Source of the DNA: Podarcis vaucheri
Taxonomy: Eukaryota
Strand: one strand, 5' to 3'
Length of the DNA stretch: 64,000 nt
NCBI GenBank assembly: GCA_965113315.1
Contig: OZ220363.1
The notes beneath the pieces were generated by a model. The model saw only the letters and a program-made list of their open reading frames with translations. It was not told where the DNA came from and did no database searches. The position numbers and the translations under genes are program-made. Shown here one piece after another: positions 12,301 to 21,300 of this stretch (within the stretch, counting starts at the first letter, position 1; every line of letters begins with the position of its first letter).

Positions 12301-15300
12301 CTTCAAAGGTAAGACATCAGTTCATTAAATGAAATGGTTTCTTATTGGCACTTACATCTCCAGCAATAATACCCAGTTTTTTTCTATTCTAAGCATCAGT
12401 TATTTTTCTTGTTGATAAGGAGAGATGAATCATGTAAGTATGGGGCTCACTTGAAGATTGCAGTGGAATTTGCAATTGATTATAGACAGAATCCCCAAAT
12501 GTGAACAGAAACCATTTTCACTCAGCCACAGCTCAAGGTTTACAGCATTGTCTGATATGTACTGTTAGTGTTCATAAGCTGCAAATTATTTACACTCTTT
12601 ATTTTTACTTTTTCTCATGAAGCAGATGAAACTAGAAAACTCGCTGACAAAGACAAATCGAAAAAACTTGCTCCTGGAAGAGGAAAATACTGTTGACTTT
12701 GTGTTTATTCCTCCAGAAACAAAAGAGAGAGTGTTGACAGAGCACCAAAAAGAAGTGCTAAGAACTAAAAGGTTTGTAACTTAGTAACTTAAGAGTCAAG
12801 AAATGCACATTTTCTGTGTGCCACCAGGTCTGAAACTTTCTAGGTAGCTCATCTCCTTCATTGCCAAGAGCTGGCAGAAGAAGAGCTTTCAAGTTGGTCC
12901 CACTTCCTCTGCCCAGCTAGGTTCAGTAACCAATAAGGGAGCTTATTGCAACCCTGGGTAGAATGGTTCCTACACAGGCCCTAGAGCAAGCCTTCAAATT
13001 TGAACAGTTGCTAGCTTAAAATGCCATTCTTTATCAAATGTATTAGGACTACTCATTTTATTGGAATGTTGACCAGTTCTATTTTTTGCAGGATTGATAT
13101 TCCTACAATGTACAATAATCTTGATGCATCCCAAGATACTACCTTGTTTTCCCAGTATACACAGAGCCAGGAAGATTATCCGTAAGTATTAGGAACCAAC
13201 AGTGCTTTGAAATGTAAAATGTTTGAATTTTCCGTGCATCTAAGTAAGTCACCTTTATTTTAGGGATAAGCCAGCCTCTGTGGATATGAAGGAAGAACCT
13301 GAGAAGGAAGAGAACAAAACAGTGCCCCAGGTATCTTCATATGTTGACAGTTGCTGGGAATTGATAGTAATGGTATTTTTTTAAAAAAAATCTTTATAAA
13401 GGACTTATAGGGAAAGGGATGTAGCTTATAGCTGGAGTAAAGCACATGTAGCTGCTGACACCAAGTGTCAAACTAACAGCCACAAAAAGGTTTATATTGA
13501 CATCTGAAACATTATTGAAGTACATTGGATGGCTTTTACTTCCTTTTTGAGTGAAGGCATAAGCCTATCTGCACCCTGCCATGGTGCCTTGGGATGTATG
13601 GGTTGCTTCAGGCCTTCCATTATAGAAAGTGCATAGTCTATACTTGAAGGACTGTCACCAGTTTCTAGTTGGAACAAATGACTAGATTTTTGAAGCTAGC
13701 AAACTGTTTTAGTGAATAATTGGAACTGTCAACCCCTCCCCCTGCACAAGTTTTGCTGGATTTTCCTGCATATTCTTACCTGGAACAAATCCTGGAATTG
13801 CAAAAAACACAAATTAAATTGTAATGCTTGCAATTTTGGTAAAATAACAGAAAAAGTATCCAAAGTGATTAAGTGATAAGACTTTTTCTTTCTTTCTTTT
13901 GTTTCTTTACGATAACTGTTGGACAAGGATATGGCCTGAAGGTGCATGCTGTAGTAACTTTGCTGTAGTTAAATAGATCTGGCTGTATGGATGCCTAGAA
14001 CTGGCACATAATAATGCCTTGAGTTTCGAGGAAAGGTGGGATGTGAAGTAGGCAGTATAGTCAAAAAATGTATAATGACACTAAGCTATTTTCAATGCAG
14101 GATGAAAAAGCATCAAGTGACTTGCTTGGCATTGCCCAGGAAGTAACTGAAAGTGGGAAGGCAGATGTACTTCCAGAGGACAATAATTCCACCAGTCCTG
14201 AACAGCTTACCACTTTTGGCAAACAGAGCTTAGATCCAAATTGTGAGAAATTGGAAACATGTGCTCCTAAATCACTTCCAGGGGAGACTTCAGTATTGGA
14301 TTGTTCTCTAAATGAATGTACCTCTAATGTCAGCAGCTGCAGCTCTGCTTCTAGTGATGTCATCTCAGGAACCCCACAGCCTGTAAGCAGAAGACAGTCT
14401 TTCATAACTCTGGAAAAATTTAATAGTTCAGAAAACAGACCATTCAGTCCTACAACTTTCACTGTGTCTGGAACATCTGCAAGTACTCCTTTATTAGCCA
14501 AACAGGAATGCATGATTGCTTCAGATGCTTCTTTCAAAGGAATTCCAGATGTGGAGAATAATAACACCTTCAAACACAAAGTGGAAAAAGCCACCCCCAG
14601 GCCTAAAAGGTCAAACCTAGAAATCTTAGGTGCACTGGAGACTTATGTCAAAGTCAAAAGATTGAAAGATGAAAATAAGGCTAATTCAAAATTGCAACCT
14701 GAAAGTACACTTGGGATTAAAAAGTCAAGCCTTAGGCAAAATAAAACAGATAATTCAGAAGAAGAAAAATCAAAGATATCACAGTTGCAACAGGAGAAAA
14801 ATATGCAAGAGTCTCCTGCCAACCTTGTAGAAGATAAGTGTGAATTGCCTGGTGAAATACAAGAAGCAGAATATTTGCTAGACATCCCTTCTCAAGTTTC
14901 TGAGTTGAATGCAGTAGGATGTACAATAGAAAATAAACAAATTTTGGACAATGTTGCAGAGACCAAAGCAGGAGCAAACTTAGATTCTAAAGAGAATACC
15001 CCTCCAGAGCTGACTTTAGCAGCAGCTACAATATCTAATGTTGGCCAAAGTCCACAAGTTTCACCTCATCCAAAAGCGTTAAGACGTTCTTTAAGACGAA
15101 AACCAGAAACTGCAGAAGGAGCTTCAGGTAGTCCAGACAAAGAGAACAGTCAACAGAAAAAAGATGGGCGTAAAGATGGTGAAAAGGTTCTGCCAAAGAA
15201 GATTTCACAAAGTAAAGAGGCTTCTGCACAAAAGCAAAAATCTGTTCCTGATAAAACAGTAGATGCACACGGAAGTATAAAGAAAGAAATCAATGTACAT

Positions 15301-18300
15301 GGGAGCAGGACTGCAGAAGGTACGATCTTGAAAGACTCCCATGTTTCAAGAACTATCCAAGAGGAAACTAGCATAACTAATGAAAAATCTGAAGGAAGTC
15401 AATCATCTGACATCAGTGACTTGCAAGATTCTGTTCCAGAAACAACTGGTGAGAAACCTAAAGGGTTTCCACGGTATCAGACAAGAAGAACCTCACAGGG
15501 ATTACTTACCAGTATAGAAAACTCTGAGTCTGATAGTTCTGAAACAAGAGAAGAAGGAACCAAGAGGAAAAGGTTAGGAAGATCGAAAAATAAAAGTAGT
15601 TCACTTGAAAACAGTTCAATTGAAAGCCAGGTGAAGGAAGTGCTAGAAAGCCAAGAGTTTCATGCAAAACCTGCAACAGAAATCCAGACCATGCCACCAG
15701 AAAATAAAGATGTAATGCATTCTGATGAACACATGGAAATAACATTACTGTCTGGTGTTACTGGTCAAGAGAGAGAGAGAACTTCCCTCCCACTTAGTGA
15801 ATGTTCAGGACTTGAGCAAGATATGGACACTTCCCTTTGTAGAGACTCTTCAGATACAGAGAGAACTGCTGCCAGAATGCTGACACGCTCCACTTCAGAG
15901 TCATCTCTAGAAAGCAGGCAGAGAACGACAGTTATGGATAAATGTTCTGATTCCCCTGCCAAAGGTTTGGAAAGTGGTGCTTATACTGCTGCTATCAGTG
16001 TCTCTTCTTCACCTGAGAAGTCTTCAGAGACAAGTGAATGTCAGCACAAAAGAAGCAAGCGGACAAGGAAATCAAAGAGCTGTAACTGCTGTGGTGAGGA
16101 GCAATCTCCACTGTTGGGAAAGTCTATCACTGAAATAAAAAAAGAAGGTAGCCCAAAAAAAGAAGGTAGCCCAAAAAAAGAAGGTAGCCCAGAACTAAAG
16201 TTAAAAGAGTCTAAAAAGATGGCTAATAAATCAACAATGGCTTTGCCAAGCATTCCTGCTGCTGATTCTCAGTTTGCTGAAAGGCTCAATATGGAACCTT
16301 GTGCAGCGAGCACACCACTGTCCTCCATTAGCAATTCCTCTGCCCTGAAAGATTCACATGAGGGTATCCGATCTGAAGAGGATTTGCTAGGAGGTGACAC
16401 TCCAAAAGAGGAACTCAAGAAATCATCCTGTGTCAAAGATGAGAGTGGCACATCTGTTGCAGAAAATCTGGATTGTGTTGGCTGGGCTGAAGCAACTTCA
16501 GAACCAAGTTCAGTAGACTCTGATTCAGTAGAACACATTGTTCAGTGTCCATCCTTAAAAGCAGACACGGACCCGGGTGCTATAAAAACGGGAGATAGTA
16601 TTCAAAATGGTCATCCAGAAGGTAGGACTGACGTAGAGATGAGTGTGAACCAACCTGAGGAAATAAAGGCCAGCGAAACAAAAGCTGACATTGTTCAGAA
16701 TGTTGTAGACAAGACACCAGTATCTGTAACAGAGGTACCAGAACTTCAGGAACAGGATGCAGAAAGTGATATAGCCAGCAGATCAGAAGAACATGAAATC
16801 TCAGCCTTGGTACAGAAGGAAAATAGCTCAGATTCCCCTCTAAAGTTTCAGGAAATTTATGCTCTTTCTGTAGCCAAGATTAGTGAAAGCCCTAATGGAG
16901 TGCAGGCACGCTGTATTTGGTCTCCATCAGCTTCTCCCTCTACCAGCATTTTAAAGAGAGGTGTAAAAAGACAAAAAGAAGAAGATTCTCCATCACCTGC
17001 AAACAAGGTACTTGAAGTGGCTTTTGTAAATTTATATGTGAATATCTCCGTATTGGATCTATATCCTTTATACAGTTCAGTATCCATTTCTTCCTTAATA
17101 AGAGCTAAAACCTACAAAATCTCCATGATTTTTTCATATCTCCCTCCCTTTTAAGGCTTAAATATATATTTTTTTCCTTTTATACCCCGCCTTCCCCGGC
17201 CAGAACTGGGCTCAGGGCAGCTAACACCAATAAAATTACAATAAAATGTAATAGAAAAAGAAAAAACAGTTAATTAAAATACGGGTTAAAAATACAATTT
17301 TAAATGCAGCCTCATTTTAGTAGTAGCCTTTTAAATCTTTGTGGAGGAAATGTCTTTTGTCAATTCAGAAGCTTCTTTTTTGCTTGTAAGAGATTAAGCT
17401 GCTTATCTTAACATAATGTATCTAACTTACCTAGAAACCTGGGCATCTGTTATAGCAACATCTGTAAACTCAGTGGTGCAACTTAGAATACTGAATATCC
17501 TGTATTCCCAAATACCCTGCTCCCACACACTGTGCCTTGAATTGTGACCATTCTTAATCAGTGCACACTGTTTCTACTGATGCCTCACTCCGTGTATCAT
17601 TTAAAACCATCTACTAGCCTTTGATGTTTATCACCATTTGCTCCACAGTCAGGCTTCTGGATTGCTTCGTACTACAGTTTTTCATTCCTACGAACAAAAT
17701 TGTGTTCAGGTTCTGCTCTCAGGCTATCCATAGGCACCTGCCTACTTTATATTGCATTTATCTGATTTTGTGTGTGTTGTGTTTTCATTGTATTTTGTAC
17801 ATTGCCCTGAGACATGTGTGGCAGGTGATTAATAAATAATAGTTTTATTTAATTAGTAGTCACTGCACTCACCAATGTGAAATATCTCAAATATTGCTGA
17901 AATCTGCCAGTTTATCTCATTCAAACCAGAGATTAATGTAGATCAGTAGGTCTCAAAAGTGTAGTATAGTTCACAACCAGATCTGAACATGAAAAATGCA
18001 TAATTTATTCTTTTTAGGGAGCCACATGTCTCCTGTGTTACCCAGACGTAGACAGTTGTCCAAAGTTTCTTACAGTACATCCTATATATGTCTACTGAGC
18101 TATAGAGTGGAAACTCATGCAAAGCATTGCATTGCAACTCAAGTCTACTATGTTAAAATTATGTCACTTGCCATTGCAGGCTCACTCCCTTTTCCTAGTC
18201 ATGACTAGTAGAACTTATTTTTGCTTTAGGGATTTCCCCCCTTTTGTTAAGTATGTGCACTTGGGCACACTTTGAGGACCTCTTATGGTATATTGGATGG

Positions 18301-21300
18301 GTCTAAATCAGCTGTACTGACGTAATGCTTCTTTCTATATCAAGTTTGTCAGTCTTGTTTTGAAAATATATGAATGCTAGCTACTTTGCTGGAAAAAATC
18401 AATTTCCCTTGAAAAATCAGTCAACACTTTGTGGCCTTGGTATATGTTTATTGTATAAGACCTTGTTCTTAAAAATCCATTGAATCTCTATGAACAGAGC
18501 CGACGAGTTTCCTTTGCCAATCCGATCTACCAGGAAGAATTGGCAGATGACATTGACAGGCGAAGTCCCGTGGTTAGAACCCATTCTTCCAATGGTTCTC
18601 AGTCTTTCCGAAGTATTAAATCTTCACCTAACCACCAAGCCAAGGTAATACCTGGAATTCTCTTATTTTATTTTTACTGAGAGAATGATCTCTGCGACAT
18701 TGAAGAACATTGCAATAAACTAAGCTGCTTATAATCATATAAAAGAGTTGAGGCTTGGATTTGGAGATCTCTGTGCACAAGTAGAAAGCCTTTTCTGCTC
18801 CTCCGTCCATCCTAATTTAGCTGTTTGCGCCCCACCATAAACCACTCCTGTAGGTCAGTGGACCTTCCAGAGCAGTATGTGATGTGACATCTGCTGGTGG
18901 TGGGGAACCACCCACTTGTGTACATGATTATATGATTATTTTTTACGGCTCTACATTCAGGGAAGTAAAAATGGCAAGGTAACATGCCATTCTCTTAAAT
19001 GTGGTTCACTAATGTAGTTTACTGAAGAAGTATTGGCTGTCAATAGTAGTATGATCCATTCCTTTGAACTAGCTTTTGTCCCATTTTAGGCAAATGATTT
19101 TAATAAGACTAGTCATGAGGTGTTAGGTAATTCCTATGATCCTGAGAGAGCTTTTTTCCTCTTTTCCTATCCAGCTTATTACTACTCCAACCAAAGGATC
19201 TCTGTCCCCAGGATCTCGTAGCCATAAATATAAGAGCTCAAAGAAGTGTTTAGTAAGATTTGCTTCGGCTTTATGTATATCTTCTCCATTTTCTCCTGTA
19301 TTCAGCTTTTAAACTTAGCCAAATTAATAATTTTCTGTATTATTTAAGATCACAGAAATGGTCAAGGAGCCGCTACCAAATCCTACAGAATGCATATATC
19401 CTGCATTAGTGGGCTGTAAAGCGCCTGTCGACACAATTTTGCCTCAGATTACTTCAAATATTTGGTAAGTAGGAAGTTACTGGGAAAGATTCCTGTGTCA
19501 AATGTTGAAGTATTATTGATAAAGAAGACTGCTTGGGGCGTATGGGGGAAGGAAAGGGTATCTTCAAGGTGCAATTATTTTAATTAATTAATTTCTATAC
19601 CTCCTTTCATCCAAGGATCAGAGGGTGATTTGCAATATAAAAGCAGAAAAATACTATATTTTTCCGTGTATAAGAATGCTTTTTGCTTATACATGGATAG
19701 TGAATGCAGAGGGGGGACGTGCGATTAATTGCAGCAGCAAGCAGGAGATTTGCAGCGGCGATCGGGCAGGTGATTGGTGGCTGCGGCAAGGCCTGCTGGC
19801 GATTGGCTGTGGTTGCAGCAATAGGCAGGTGATTGGCGGCTGTGGCAAGTGGGCGGGTGGGCTGTTGGTGGCAGTGAGCGGGCAGACAATTGGTGGCTGT
19901 GACAAGGTGTGTGATCGACAGTGGCAGGCAGGTGAGTGAGCGATTGACGGAAGTGACCTCCCCTACCCCCCTAAAAGCTAATCAACTTAATTTCTTAATT
20001 TTGGGTTTAAAATGTCTTATACATGGGGGCATCTTATACATTGAAAAATACGGTACATAACATAGTAACAACAACAAAAACACCTCTCACTGTGTGCACA
20101 GTTTAAAAGGGCATTGATTGTATAATCCAAAGGCCTAGGAGAAGAATGTTTTTGTCCAGTGCCTAAAGATATGTAATGGATGTGCCAAGCAAGCATCTCC
20201 GGAGAGAGCATTTGATAAACGAGCCACTGCTAAAAAGGCCCATTCTCATGTTGCCACCATCCGGGCCTCTCATGGAGGGGGCACATGAAGAAGGGCCTCA
20301 GATGATGATTGCAGGATCTGGGTCGGTTTTTTAATCTGGCCACCCACTAAGCGTGATAAGTGGGTTGTTTTTTAAACTTTGGTGTGCATAGCTGGAGGAA
20401 GTTCCAGTTTGGTCCGGGAGATTGAGACCTCCTCCCTAGCAGAGAAGCAAAGCTGGCCCTGTCTCCTGTTGATGGAGTGACAAACCAAATGTCTTCCTTA
20501 TTCTCACCAGAACATGTCTTCCTTCACACAGTGTTTCTTGACATACAAATTTCAGAAGTAGAGCTGTTACATGCAGATAAATTGGGGGTGGGGCTCAAGT
20601 GCCTGTCCCACCTTCCAGCAAATTCCCCACACAGCCACCAATAATAATAATTAATAATAATTTATTATTTGTACCCCGCCCATCTGGCTGGGTTTCCCCA
20701 GCCACTCTGGGCGGCTTCATAGAAACCAAAAATACAGTAAAATATCACAGATTGAAAACTTCCCTGAACACCCAAGCTCCTGAATAAAGGATTTATGCAT
20801 GCACTTTGAAAGTAGAAGAGTTGCATATACATAGACTAGATATTGGGTAATTTAATTGTAGAAATCCTGTGTTAAAGTAGAAAAATGATTTTTGAAAAGA
20901 GTCCCTTTGTCTTTCAAAGATAAGCATTTTAATGTGGTTGTCTTTCTTACCTTGTCCATAGAATGTTATGTAAGAAGAGGTGGGGGACTAACACTTCTCC
21001 CTTTGATTTGGCTAAGGGCAAGGGGATTAGGACAACTCATTCGAGCAAAGAACATCAGGACTGTAGGTGACTTGAGTTCTCTGACATCAGCTGAGATCAA
21101 AACTCTTCCCATTCGTTCTCCCAAAGTATCCAATGTTAAAAGAGCTCTTAAAGGATATCATGACCAACAGGTTAGTTTCTTTGCATTATAATAAAATAAA
21201 TAAAATCTGAAATGTGGGCTTGTTTTTGTATCAGAAATCTTTTTTGCGGAACACTTAGTCCAAGAGGAATTATTTTATATTGTTTATATTACAGTTTTAT

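Noticed and set aside
14061-14594. 177-aa antisense ORF within the RIF1 giant exon
   Set aside because: Shadow ORF produced by codon bias of the sense strand; no independent signals
14068-17154. 1028-aa ORF as a stand-alone intronless gene
   Set aside because: It is the giant internal RIF1 exon (14101-17007); the ORF ends are intronic read-through beyond the splice sites
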